Below, in pieces: positions 55,384 to 64,000 of a stretch of 64,000 nt of DNA. Made by a program: the position numbers and the translations under genes. Below the pieces are notes generated by a model. That model was not told where the DNA came from. It did no database searches and saw only the letters and a program-made list of their open reading frames with translations. Within the stretch, counting starts at the first letter, position 1, and the number at the start of each line of letters is the position of its first letter. This DNA is from Rhodothermia bacterium (GTDB lineage: Bacteria > Bacteroidota > Rhodothermia > Rhodothermales > JAAAOL01), in NCBI GenBank assembly GCA_030428385.1, contig JAUIDY010000009.1, forward strand, positions 23,655-87,654. Direction: 5' to 3'.

Positions 55384-56514
55384 TCACAGCCGCGCCGCGA
55401 TGAAGTGAAGCACCTTTTCCGCCCGCCGGTCCCATGTTAACGCTTCGCCATCGGTGCGGGCTTGCGTGGCGAGGCGCAGACGCAGGGCCTCGTCGTCGAG
55501 TAGCTGGCGCAAGCGGGCGAGGGCGGCGTCGAAGGCGTCGGGCGTGACGAGGGCGGCGTTGTGGTTGTCGGTCAGCACCTCCTCCACGTCGGGCGTGCGC
55601 CCCGCGAGGATGGCGCGTCCGGCGGCGAGGTAGAGGAAGGTTTTGATGGGCAGGACGGTGTTGCCCACGTTTTCCAGCGGCTTGCTCGTGGGTGGGATAA
55701 GCAGCACGTCGGCGGCGTAGAGGTACGGCACCGTCGCGCTGAGCGGCTGCCACGGCACGATGCGCACGTTGCGGAGCCCTGCCGCCCGTTGCTCCACCGG
55801 CCCATAGCCCTCCGAGCCCACCAGCACAAATGTCACCTCCGGCAAGGCCTCGGCGAGGTCCAGCACCAGTCCCAGACCTTTCTTTAGCGACACGCGCCCC
55901 GTGTACACCACTGTCGGCTGTTCGGGCAATCCACATTGCGCCCGCGCCTGTTGGGGCGTAAGCGACGGTTGCAGCACCCGGGGATGGTGGCCGTTGTGCG
56001 CGGTGAGCAGCTTCTCGCGGGGTACACCGATGCGGGCATAGCTTTCCATCGCCAGCCGCGAATGCAGCACCGCGCCGACGAAGTTCTTGTGCTGCCCGAC
56101 CCAGCGAAATAAGGGATGACTCAGCGGCTGTTGGTTGGGCCAGGGGCGGTAGGTTTCGTAGACCACGGGCCGCTCGGCAAACAATGCGCCCAGTAAGATT
56201 GGCAACGTGCGGGTATACACCACATCGGCCTGCCGCGCTGCCGGGTGACGCGGCCCCACGAGCCCTTGCGCCAGCTTTTCAATGCCGCGAATGTTGGGGT
56301 AGACGCTGCGCACGGTCGCCATCTGAAACGTCGGCGCGACTTCGTAATACGCCGCTACGTCGTCCCGCGTCGCAGGCGCACGGTCCCAGCGAGCAGGCGT
56401 CACCAGCGTCACGTACGCCCCCGCTTCGCCCATCGCGGCCGCCATCGCCAGCATCTGGCGCGTATCGGTGGCGGTGCGCGGCAGCACCTGATCGGTGACG
56501 TAGGCGATGTGCAT
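55384..56514 (-). CDS. Glycosyltransferase family 4-like
   Basis: Start re-set to MHIAYVTDQVLPR. GT-B C-terminal half (VTFVLVGSEGYG...ADVLLIPPT...LPIKTFLYLAAGRAILA). Confidence 0.7.
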   Translation of the reverse strand: MHIAYVTDQVLPRTATDTRQMLAMAAAMGEAGAYVTLVTPARWDRAPATRDDVAAYYEVAPTFQMATVRSVYPNIRGIEKLAQGLVGPRHPAARQADVVYTRTLPILLGALFAERPVVYETYRPWPNQQPLSHPLFRWVGQHKNFVGAVLHSRLAMESYARIGVPREKLLTAHNGHHPRVLQPSLTPQQARAQCGLPEQPTVVYTGRVSLKKGLGLVLDLAEALPEVTFVLVGSEGYGPVEQRAAGLRNVRIVPWQPLSATVPYLYAADVLLIPPTSKPLENVGNTVLPIKTFLYLAAGRAILAGRTPDVEEVLTDNHNAALVTPDAFDAALARLRQLLDDEALRLRLATQARTDGEALTWDRRAEKVLHFIAARL

Positions 56515-56716
56515 GGCGTACGATATTGTCTGCGTAGAGGTCGTTCCTACGTCCCAAGGGTTTTTTGATCCCCGCTCCTTCTTTATTCCTCCCTCTGAAA
56601 CACCCCGGGCTGAATCTTTGGGAATCCTCTCAAACAACCAGGGCACTAATTTTGAACAACACCGGAGTTTAGGAACATCAATTCCGAAGCACCGGTTCAT
56701 CGCCCTTCCTCAATCC

Positions 56717-57091
56717 ATGTATAGCTGGAAGACGCTGATGTCCAAATGGACGCCGCTTGTGCTCTTGTTGATCACCCTCCTTGGAGGCGTGTTCACAGGA
56801 TTTTCCGGCCCTACGATTGACGCCAACGACGAACATCGGACGGCAGAGCTACGTGCCGAGCACGTAACCCATCCGCTGTCCTCCCCATCAGATATGCCCC
56901 TTGCCCACCGGCTGGTGGCATACAGTATGGCCGAGGCGGACGTTGTTGAGACCAAGGGCGGCATGCCCGAACTGGAGGAAGCACAAGGTTCAGGCACCAC
57001 AAAGAGGCGGAGCCTATCTGTATCCATTCCCCCTCTTGCCGACACCGCTTCCGTTCCCCGTCATCTCCTCTACGGTGTCTTCTTGACCTGA
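56717..57091 (+). CDS. Hypothetical small membrane-anchored/secreted protein
   Basis: The ATG at 56717 gives MYSWKTLMSKWTPLVLLLITLLGGVF, a TM or signal segment. Lies in a lower-G+C, gene-poor stretch with no recognisable family. Confidence 0.3.
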   Translation: MYSWKTLMSKWTPLVLLLITLLGGVFTGFSGPTIDANDEHRTAELRAEHVTHPLSSPSDMPLAHRLVAYSMAEADVVETKGGMPELEEAQGSGTTKRRSLSVSIPPLADTASVPRHLLYGVFLT

Positions 57092-57403
57092 GGGTGCCCC
57101 TTTCCTGTAACGCCAGCCGCTTTACAGTGAGGTTGCGTCGCTTCACCGTTATCTCCTGAGGAGGAGTGGGATTTTTCTCTCTTTTCTCGCCCTGTGTTGA
57201 GGGTGTCGGTGAATCGGTTCTCGCCATCTTGAAAAACACGTGCAGCAACACAACTGCCCGTTGAGGACACAACCGTTGCCGGGATTTATCCAGGACTGCA
57301 TCGGTCCCTGCTACCTGGCTGACGCTCATCTGCGTGCTGGCTCTTCTCTTTTTCGGCGCACCGAATGCGCCCCATCTCTGCACCCTTTTTCCTTCTTAGA
57401 GCC

Positions 57404-57541
57404 ATGAAACCAACCATCACTCAGCAAGAACATTCCCTCCCCTCCTCCGACGCAAACACATCGCCATGGGCCTTCTACTTCCTGATGGGCACCCTGGTCT
57501 TGGGCCTGCTCTGCCTGCTGGTCTTGGGCTTCTTGTGGTAA
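57404..57541 (+). CDS. Candidate 45-aa single-TM micro-protein
   Basis: MKPTITQQEHSLPSSDANTSPWAFYFLMGTLVLGLLCLLVLGFLW, below the ORF-track cutoff and read by hand. Its ATG overlaps the TGA of a possible upstream 55-aa ORF (ATGA). Confidence 0.3.
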   Translation: MKPTITQQEHSLPSSDANTSPWAFYFLMGTLVLGLLCLLVLGFLW

Positions 57542-57593
57542 TAGCCATGAGTCCCTTGACCCATCGCAGCCACGCTACCAATTACCTTCGACG

Positions 57594-57680
57594 ATGAAAC
57601 AGGAAGAGCGCGCTATTCTACGGCTTGCGTTGTTTATCGCAGGCCTTGTTGTACTAACCGTTGTCTTCATGGTGCTCTAG
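57594..57680 (+). CDS. Candidate 28-aa single-TM micro-protein
   Basis: MKQEERAILRLALFIAGLVVLTVVFMVL, read by hand. It starts 52 nt after the previous micro-ORF stops. Confidence 0.25.
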   Translation: MKQEERAILRLALFIAGLVVLTVVFMVL

Positions 57681-57878
57681 CGCAGCCCACGACCACAAAG
57701 CCTGAACCGCCTCTTAGAAACGGTGTGGTATGTAGATTGGCAGGCGAGCCCGAGGGATTTTTGGATCTGCAACGAACGACTTTGGAGGCTCATAACAGCG
57801 CTATGGGCCTCCAAAGCGGGCGATGTCAGGGCCAAAAGGAACCGGGCATAGCCCCAAATTATCGTACCAGACCGTTTC

Positions 57879-58325
57879 TTAAAAGGAACTGCTCAACAGG
57901 CCGGGATCGGTGAATTCCACCAGCGGGAGCAGCCGCGAATCGGCGAGCGCCGCTGTCCGGTGCCCTTTGATGGCTTGGTAGTCCGGGTCTGCCGCCAGTG
58001 CCATAAACGCCTGGCGCGACCGATGGCGAACCAGCAACACCAGATCCCAGCTTTTATCCGGCGGGCCAATGAGAAAGGGGCCGCCGTCGCCCATAAACGC
58101 AAGGGCACTGCCATACTTCTGCAGGATTGGGTGGGTGTGATTCATGTACTGCCGATACGCCAGCCACCCTGAAATCGGAGCGCCCGGTTTGAGGTTGGGG
58201 TAATCCGAATAGTCGGCTTCTTCGCGGAACCGCAGCAGGTTCAACATGACAATCTCGCCGGGAAGATCACGCATAAAAAAGGCTTTGCCCGATTCCTGCG
58301 TGGCTTCGATGTACGATGTAGACAT
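57879..58325 (-). CDS. DUF1330-domain protein
   Basis: Start re-set to MSTSYIEATQESGKAFF. The layout ...IVMLNLLRF...DY..Y and ~148 aa size fit my recollection of DUF1330. Confidence 0.5.
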   Translation of the reverse strand: MSTSYIEATQESGKAFFMRDLPGEIVMLNLLRFREEADYSDYPNLKPGAPISGWLAYRQYMNHTHPILQKYGSALAFMGDGGPFLIGPPDKSWDLVLLVRHRSRQAFMALAADPDYQAIKGHRTAALADSRLLPLVEFTDPGLLSSSF

Positions 58326-58362
58326 TGGAGTAGGAGTCAGTGGAAGAGCAGCCACAAAATAC

Positions 58363-58401
58363 AACAGCCCTCGGAGCCATGTGCTCTGAGGGCTGTTTTT
58401 T
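58363..58401. terminator. Strong hairpin with T-run (terminator-like, strand ambiguous)
   Basis: 10-bp perfect stem AACAGCCCTC / GAGGGCTGTT around a 15-nt loop, followed by TTTTTT on the + strand. It lies 30 nt below the stop of the minus-strand MlaC-like gene. Confidence 0.5.
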
Positions 58402-58430
58402 GCTGAATTCAGGCTGAGGCGGGCAATGTA

Positions 58431-59057
58431 TTAGCGCGCCGCCAACATCCGATCGCGCTTGCGATTCAGGCTGTTCATCAGCGAATCAAAGCCTTTTTTG
58501 CGCATCACGGTCTGGAACGAGCGCTGGTAGCCTTCCACCGTACTCACATCGTCAATCGAAAAGTCGTCCACGTCCCACGTACCGTCGGTGGCGCGGCTCA
58601 TGTCGTAGGTGACCTTGGTCGGCGTGTCTTTGTAGGTTGTGGTCGTCAGCACCTGCGCCTCGTCACCGTTGACGATGATTTCGTCGTAGGCGATGGTGGC
58701 CTTGTAGATGTCGAGGTCGGCGAGTGACTGGGCGCGGACGATGTCGCTAAAGACGGTGACAAATTCGGTGCGCTGGGCGTCGGTGAGGTCGGCCCAGAAG
58801 GGACCGAGCGCCGCCTCGCTCATCGAGCGAAAGTCGATGTCGTCGTTGATGAGCGCCTTGAGTTGGTCGCGCTGGGCGTCGGTGAAGGTGGTTTTGTTGC
58901 CGAGGACATTCTTGATGTCCCGGTCGCGCTGCTCCAGCATCTGCTGGATTTCTTGCTGGGTGGACGTCTGGGCCTGCACGGGCAGCGCCAACCCAATCAT
59001 CAGCAGCAAGGCAAGGAAAGCGGTGAGGTGTTTAGCGGTGTTCAACATGGCAGACAT
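58431..59057 (-). CDS. MlaC/Ttg2D-family phospholipid-binding periplasmic protein
   Basis: Signal peptide ...LPVQAQ. ALINDDIDFRSMSEAALGPFWADLTDAQRTEFVTVFSDIVRAQ fits the toluene-tolerance Ttg2D pattern. Confidence 0.7.
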   Translation of the reverse strand: MSAMLNTAKHLTAFLALLLMIGLALPVQAQTSTQQEIQQMLEQRDRDIKNVLGNKTTFTDAQRDQLKALINDDIDFRSMSEAALGPFWADLTDAQRTEFVTVFSDIVRAQSLADLDIYKATIAYDEIIVNGDEAQVLTTTTYKDTPTKVTYDMSRATDGTWDVDDFSIDDVSTVEGYQRSFQTVMRKKGFDSLMNSLNRKRDRMLAAR

Positions 59058-59127
59058 CTATCGTGAAAACGGGTGATCAAAAGGGCGGAATGCGTACGCG
59101 TTGGCGTGTTTTTGTTTCGAGGTAAAA

Positions 59128-60522
59128 TTAATCAACAAGCGTGCCGGATTGTGCCTGCGTCGTCAACGTGCCCGTCGCCCGCAGGAGCCGCAGAATGGCG
59201 CGGTTGTAATTGTAGACGGTTTCGTAGTACCGCGCCTCTTCTTCCAACTGCGCCCGCACGGCATCGACAAGGTTTTCGGTGTCGCCGAGGTCGAGGTCGA
59301 AGTTGATCTGCTCCAGCCGCAGCCACTCGCGGCTGATGCGCAGCGCTTCGGTCTGGGCGTTGAGCGCGGCCTGCGCGATGACGAGATTGCGGTACGCTTC
59401 CTCGACCTCAAACAGGATCAACTGCTGCGCACCTTCCTGCTGGAAGCGTACCTCGTCGCGCTGGGCACGGGCCTGCTCTACTTTCGCACGGGTTTGCAGC
59501 ACGTTGAGTTGCATCCGCATCCCCGCGCCCACCTGAAAGCCCCGGCTCAAAAACGACTCGCCGATGTACGGGTTGCGCTGGCGGTAACGGCCCTCAGCAT
59601 ACGCAAAATTACCGCGCAGCCCCACGAATAGCTTAGGGTAATAATCAGACCGCGCCACGTCCACGAGTGCATCGCGAGCGGCAACCCCGGCGGCGGCCTG
59701 CTGCAACTCCGGACGCCGAAGTAGCCCCTGCGCGAGGTAAGTATCCAGCGAGTCGAGCACAAACGGCAAGGGCTCCAGCGTGGCTTCTTCTGGCACAAGC
59801 ACGGTGCCGTCGGGCAGGAAAAGCTGACGGCGCAGCGCCGTGCGGGCGGTCAGGCTCCGTTGCTCAATCTCGACGACACGGCGCAGGTATTCCTGCTCGG
59901 TGAGTTGCACCTGAAACAGGTCGGCGTCGTCCACATCGTCGGCCCCCTCTTGAAGCAGCCGGTCGATCTCGCGCTTGGCACGTTCCACGATGTCGCCCGT
60001 CTGTTGCGCCAGCCGCAGCAGCGCGTCGGTGAGCAGCACGTTGTAGTACAACTCGGCGGCGCGGAGGCCCACCTCCAGTTCCTTGTTTGCTACGTCGGCG
60101 CGTTCCAAGTCCACACCATGCTGAGCAGCTTCGATGCTTTTGCTGAGTTCGCCCCACGTCCAGATGGGCTGCAGGGCCTCAAACTCGACACGGTTAAACG
60201 GACGCAGGTCTTCCCAGTCGTTGCGCACGTCGGGATTCAGGTATAGCGCATCCGTCGGGAACGTATTGTCAGCGGGGATGTCGAGGCCGGGCGCAACCGC
60301 ATGCGCCGAGGTAGCGCTGAACTCGGTAAGGAAGCGGCTGGCGTGGGCGAGGCGGCTGCGGGCCTGCGCAAACGCGAGTCCGGCGCGGCGCTCCTCCACG
60401 TCGGGGCTGATTTCGAGCGCCCGTGTGATGGTGGCTTCGAGGCTGAGAGAAACGGTGTCACGCACCTGCGCCTGCGCGGCGGCGGGCAACAGGAGCACGG
60501 CAAAAACAAGCAGTCGGGACAT
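59128..60522 (-). CDS. TolC-family outer-membrane efflux protein
   Basis: Start re-set to MSRLLVFAVLLLPAAAQAQ. Two-fold repeated coiled-coil/OEP pattern (LSLEATITRALE..., AEGRYRQRNPY...). About 465 aa. Confidence 0.8.
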   Translation of the reverse strand: MSRLLVFAVLLLPAAAQAQVRDTVSLSLEATITRALEISPDVEERRAGLAFAQARSRLAHASRFLTEFSATSAHAVAPGLDIPADNTFPTDALYLNPDVRNDWEDLRPFNRVEFEALQPIWTWGELSKSIEAAQHGVDLERADVANKELEVGLRAAELYYNVLLTDALLRLAQQTGDIVERAKREIDRLLQEGADDVDDADLFQVQLTEQEYLRRVVEIEQRSLTARTALRRQLFLPDGTVLVPEEATLEPLPFVLDSLDTYLAQGLLRRPELQQAAAGVAARDALVDVARSDYYPKLFVGLRGNFAYAEGRYRQRNPYIGESFLSRGFQVGAGMRMQLNVLQTRAKVEQARAQRDEVRFQQEGAQQLILFEVEEAYRNLVIAQAALNAQTEALRISREWLRLEQINFDLDLGDTENLVDAVRAQLEEEARYYETVYNYNRAILRLLRATGTLTTQAQSGTLVD

Positions 60523-60626
60523 GAACGGCGGCAGATAAACTCGGTGCGCCACGGGAGCCGCAGCGCTTCGCCGCTTAGTAACGCCTGTCGGGCGGTTGGT
60601 GTCCGTGAAGGCCCGGTGGAAATGCA

Positions 60627-61082
60627 CTACGGCGTCACCAACTGAAACCGATTCGAGTAGCGTTCTTCCACCAGCGTGTTAAACGCCGCGTCTGCATACA
60701 GGTTAACCGCCAGCCGGTAGGAGGCCTCGGATTCGAGTGACTGGGTGGATACATGGGCAAGGCGAATCTCAAAAACGTGGGAGGCATCGGCGGCTATCAG
60801 CGAGGGCGAATAACACCGCTCGAAGCCGTGCACCATCCAGGTGTTGACGACGGTATCGCCCTGCACTTCCTCCAAGAAGACCTGTCCCGTGCAAATCACA
60901 AACACATCGGCGTCGGTGCGGTTGTCCACGGTAAGCCGGATGGTGGTCTCCGGATTGATTGGATAGGTGGTGGCATCGGTTTGGAGTTGCAGGGTGTCAT
61001 CGTCGGAAACGCCCACAATTTCGCACCCGCCTGTGAGCAGGTACGCTGAGAGAAGCAAGATCCAAATGACATGCTGTTTCAT
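60627..61082 (-). CDS. Hypothetical lipoprotein
   Basis: Start re-set to MKQHVIWILLLSAYLLTGGC (lipobox). Beta-rich ~150 aa with no recognisable family. Confidence 0.45.
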   Translation of the reverse strand: MKQHVIWILLLSAYLLTGGCEIVGVSDDDTLQLQTDATTYPINPETTIRLTVDNRTDADVFVICTGQVFLEEVQGDTVVNTWMVHGFERCYSPSLIAADASHVFEIRLAHVSTQSLESEASYRLAVNLYADAAFNTLVEERYSNRFQLVTP

Positions 61083-61261
61083 TGCGGCCTCGTGGAAAAA
61101 GGGCGATTGTTGAAAGGTACCGTGCAAATGACGAGAGGGAAAGCCCCAATGGCAGCCCTGTGTCTTCCTTGTGAGCGCCTCTGCATAAACCGGAGGTTCA
61201 TCCTGTAAATGACATTCCACAACGGTGATTTGTATGGAATCATCACCTTCCCCATTTTATG

Positions 61262-61368
61262 GTCATCACGAAGCTCCGAAGGAGCTGTGGTTGACCTCAC
61301 CCCGACAGGAAAGAACACCAGAACGGGGTGAGATCGCCACGTCGCCTCTGGCTCCTCGCGATGACGAG
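61262..61368. repeat. Intergenic hairpin repeat, family A, copy 2 (best preserved)
   Basis: Outer arms GTCATCACGAAG / CTCGCGATGACGAG. Inner hairpins AGCTCC-gaa-GGAGCT and CTCACCCCG-(19 nt)-CGGGGTGAG. Confidence 0.8.
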
Positions 61369-61384
61369 TGAAAGCGAGGAAAAG

Positions 61385-61879
61385 TTAATGCGCTTGGCGG
61401 GTCTGCACCGCTTCGACAAACGCCTCTGGGTCATGGGGAGAGATGACGATGGTTTTTTCGCCGAAACGGAGCACCACGGTACGGGCGGCGTCGGTGAGGT
61501 AGGCGCGGTACGGGCCGAGCAGGCTGTTGCGGAAGCGCCCGATGAACCCAAACAGCCCGCCATTGCCAAACGTGCGGATCGAACCGGCGGTGGCACCGGG
61601 GTAGACCTCGGCGTCGGTGAGGCCAGTGAGATCAATCGTCGTGTCCCAGCCGAGCCGGTGGATGTGCAAGACACCGTCGCGGATCGTGTAGCCACGCACT
61701 ACAAACGCCGCCGCGCCTACGATGATGGCGATGGGAATGCCCACTTTCATCGTTGTCCATGCTGCGGAGCCGTCGGGTGTGGGTTGCAAGCCCACAACGA
61801 TCAGGGCGGCAAGGAGAACAAGGAAGAAGCCGGTCACCAGCTTAAGCCGCAGGTCCCACGGGGCAGAAAACGTCGGCAT
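61385..61879 (-). CDS. Membrane-anchored bacterial PH-domain protein
   Basis: Start re-set to MPTFSAPW, since the longer ORF would overlap gluQ. Two TM helices, then GSIRTFGNGGLFGFIGRF...YRAYLTD...VVL, which I recall as a bPH-type pattern. Confidence 0.5.
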   Translation of the reverse strand: MPTFSAPWDLRLKLVTGFFLVLLAALIVVGLQPTPDGSAAWTTMKVGIPIAIIVGAAAFVVRGYTIRDGVLHIHRLGWDTTIDLTGLTDAEVYPGATAGSIRTFGNGGLFGFIGRFRNSLLGPYRAYLTDAARTVVLRFGEKTIVISPHDPEAFVEAVQTRQAH

Positions 61880-61935
61880 CGCAAACAAGGGTGCGTGAGG
61901 GTGAGAGAAAGTTACGTGGATGTACGTGCTAGGAT

Positions 61936-62952
61936 TCAGGCAAGCGCTTTGAGCGCCGGAGCCAACACATCCGGCAGCCGCCACGGCGCTTTGGGGATGG
62001 CATCCCACGAAAAAAGCGGCACCAGATCCACAGGGGAGCACGGAACGGGCTTCGGCAATAACCCCAGCGAATAGCCAAGATACCCCACAAACTGCTGCGC
62101 CGTCACCCCCGCCTCGCGCAACGAGCGGATGGTGAGGCCCGCGTCGCGCTTCGAGAGCTTTTCGCCGTCCACGTTCACCACCAGCGGCACATGCGCATAC
62201 GCCGGACGCATGCCGCCCAGCGCGTCGATCAGTTGGATCTGCCGCGCTGTAGAATCGAGCAAATCCTGCCCCCGCACCACTTCTGTCACACCCATCGCGA
62301 GATCATCCACGACTACCGCCAACTGGTAGGCATACACGCCATCGCGGCGCTTGAGCACGAAGTCGCCCACGGCTTCGCTCACGTTTTCCGTGATGGTGCC
62401 ACACACCGCGTCGTCGAACGCCACTGGCGCGTCATCTACGCGAAAACGCAACGCTGCATCAGGTTTTTTTTCGCCTTGAAACGCTGCGAACCAGTCGCCT
62501 GGCAGGTAGGTAGGGCGCAGCGAAGCGGGATAGGGTGGCAAACCACTATACCCATGTGGGGCCGAGGCCAGTGTCTGCAAGTCCTTGCGCGAGACGCGGC
62601 ACGGAAACAACCGTCCCCGCCCGTGCAGATGGGCCAGCGCTGCCTCGTAATGGCTACTTCGCTCGGATTGTTGATACGGCGCATGCGGGCCGCCAACGTC
62701 GGGGCCTTGGTCCCAGTCTAGCCCCATCCACCGCAGGTCGTCGAGGATGGCCTCTGCCATGCCCGGCACCGTTCGAGGACCGTCGAGGTCTTCCACGCGC
62801 ATAACAAACACGCCGCCTTGTGCCCGCACCGACAGCCACGCCGCGAGCGCGGTGCGTGCACTACCTACATGTAGCAACCCCGTAGGCGAAGGCGCATAAC
62901 GACCGCAGGGAACGGCAAACTCAGACACAGGCGCAGATGTGAAATTTGGCAA
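61936..62952 (-). CDS. gluQ: tRNA glutamyl-Q(34) synthetase (GluQRS)
   Basis: GRYAPSPTGLLHVGSARTAL (HIGH-type motif) and a truncated GluRS catalytic domain with no anticodon-binding domain. KLSKRD (KMSKS-like). ~338 aa. Confidence 0.85.
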   Translation of the reverse strand: MPNFTSAPVSEFAVPCGRYAPSPTGLLHVGSARTALAAWLSVRAQGGVFVMRVEDLDGPRTVPGMAEAILDDLRWMGLDWDQGPDVGGPHAPYQQSERSSHYEAALAHLHGRGRLFPCRVSRKDLQTLASAPHGYSGLPPYPASLRPTYLPGDWFAAFQGEKKPDAALRFRVDDAPVAFDDAVCGTITENVSEAVGDFVLKRRDGVYAYQLAVVVDDLAMGVTEVVRGQDLLDSTARQIQLIDALGGMRPAYAHVPLVVNVDGEKLSKRDAGLTIRSLREAGVTAQQFVGYLGYSLGLLPKPVPCSPVDLVPLFSWDAIPKAPWRLPDVLAPALKALA

Positions 62953-63056
62953 GGATGCGGGTCAAACGTCGCAATTCGTCCTTTGTTGGTTGGCAATACC
63001 GCCCGCCGCTTCCGTACCTTGTTCCTCCCCCGCCTTTCCTGTTATCCCTACCGTCC

Positions 63057-63350
63057 ATGCCCAAATCGACTGGCGTCCAAACCCTCGGTTCGGCCCTCGA
63101 AGCCCTCATCGACAGCATGAAGATCCGCTCGAAGATCGACGCGGTGCGGATTGTGGAGGCGTGGGCGGCGCTGGCAGGACCGCAGATCAACGGGGTGACC
63201 GACTCGGCGCGGGTGAAGGGGCGCACGCTGCATGTGCAGATCCGCTCGTCGGCGTGGCGGCACGAACTCCACCGCCGCCGCTCACAATGGCGCGACCATC
63301 TCAACCTGCAACTCGGCGAAGCGCTCGTCGAGGAGATTGTGTTTCGGTAG
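63057..63350 (+). CDS. DUF721-domain protein (DciA-like)
   Basis: Start re-set to MPKSTGVQTLGSALEALI. The pattern ...IVEAWAALAGPQI...GRTLHVQIRSSAWRHEL...EIVFR is typical of DUF721. Confidence 0.65.
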   Translation: MPKSTGVQTLGSALEALIDSMKIRSKIDAVRIVEAWAALAGPQINGVTDSARVKGRTLHVQIRSSAWRHELHRRRSQWRDHLNLQLGEALVEEIVFR

Positions 63351-63382
63351 GCGAGGCTGACGGCCCTTTCCGTTGAAACGAG

Positions 63383-63640
63383 ATGGACAACAAGAACCAA
63401 GAACAAGCGGCGCTGGACTACCTCCGGGATCTTGGTTTTCTCATCCGTGAGGCAGCCGTCGAAGCGCGTGCGCAGCGCGAGCTACTGCACGCTGAAGGAA
63501 AGCCTGATGCATTCGAGACAGGCCGAGCGATGGCCTACTATGAAGTCGCCTCGCTTTTGGCACAGCAGGCACAGGTGTTTGGGCTAGATCCGTCAATGCT
63601 GGCTTTTAACGGATTCGACCCGGATCGAGACCTTCTCTAG
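63383..63640 (+). CDS. Hypothetical small helical protein
   Basis: 85-aa ORF with coding-like composition and no recognisable family. Confidence 0.35.
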   Translation: MDNKNQEQAALDYLRDLGFLIREAAVEARAQRELLHAEGKPDAFETGRAMAYYEVASLLAQQAQVFGLDPSMLAFNGFDPDRDLL

Positions 63641-63678
63641 GTACCAAATTGCCAGAAAAAGCGGTGTATTCAAAAAGT

Positions 63679-63775
63679 GTCATCCTGAACTCGTTTCAGG
63701 ATCTCATCAAAATTTGCTCCTTTGAGATTCCGACACGAGCGAAGCGACTGATGAAGTAAACAAGTTCGGAATGAC
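63679..63775. repeat. Intergenic hairpin repeat, family B, copy 3
   Basis: Outer arms GTCATCCTGAAC...GTTCGGAATGAC with an inner hairpin CCTGAActcgTTTCAGG. Confidence 0.75.
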
Positions 63776-63800
63776 ATCCCAGATCGTTTCGGATAGGCCC

Positions 63801-64000
63801 TTACGCCGCCCCTTTCCCTTCGGCGCGCTCCAGCACTTTCTTCAGGCGCGGCTTGCGGAGCGGCACGGGTTCGGGCTTCTTCTTGGCTTTCATGCGCAGG
63901 TTCAGCATCTCCACAAACACCGAGAACGCCATCGCGAAGTAGATGTAGCCCTTCGGAATGTGCTGCTCGAAGCCCTCGGCCACCAGCACCACGCCGATGA
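63801..64000 (-). CDS. TerC-family integral membrane protein (C-terminal part; gene runs off the window)
   Basis: [23 protein letters not shown] is a conserved TerC/YegH-type C-terminal helix. The reading frame stays open to the window edge. Confidence 0.7.
   Translation of the reverse strand, partial: IGVVLVAEGFEQHIPKGYIYFAMAFSVFVEMLNLRMKAKKKPEPVPLRKPRLKKVLERAEGKGAA

Overview
High-G+C chromosomal window (over 60% by eye) with about 50 credible protein genes. I saw no rRNA, tRNA or CRISPR array. The host is probably a Bacteroidota/Rhodothermota-type organism; this is inferred from several ORFs ending in Por/T9SS C-terminal sorting domains and from signal peptides ending in AQAQ. Housekeeping anchors are mutY, uvrB, tmk, fur, gluQ, a BamA/TamA-like protein, a TonB-dependent receptor, TolC- and MlaC-like proteins and an exopolysaccharide block (2 glycosyltransferases, a flippase, a TagF-like enzyme). 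The stand-out is a tightly packed, co-directional six-gene cluster on the minus strand at 19137-30389. In transcription order it encodes: (1) a 5-TM protein with two H-x13-H helices, a di-haem-b candidate; (2) a membrane-anchored TPR protein; (3) a cytochrome with 20 CxxCH sites; (4) a 1656-aa cytochrome with 64 CxxCH sites, built from 18 tandem ~77-aa tri-haem modules; (5) a 552-aa beta-barrel-type outer-membrane protein; (6) a membrane-anchored ferredoxin-flavoprotein. I read this as a candidate cytoplasm-to-outer-membrane electron conduit with non-canonical parts. That reading is inference; the motif counts are seen directly in the sequence. The cluster lies just downstream of fur, separated from it by a DUF559 gene bracketed by two ~96%-identical 110-bp MITE-like elements. 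Other points of note: three intergenic hairpin-repeat families, one showing compensatory stem changes; a three-gene operon of large T9SS cargo proteins (FG-GAP and choice-of-anchor-B paralogues); an orphan CheD-like protein; a 7TM-LuxR regulator; a ~190-bp AT-rich island flanked by 10-bp direct repeats; a low-G+C T9SS cargo gene; and a gene-poor stretch with possible coupled micro-ORFs. All motif counts and alignments were done by eye. The supplied ORF track translates TTG/GTG starts as M, so several starts were re-set to the first plausible signal peptide or family N-terminus.
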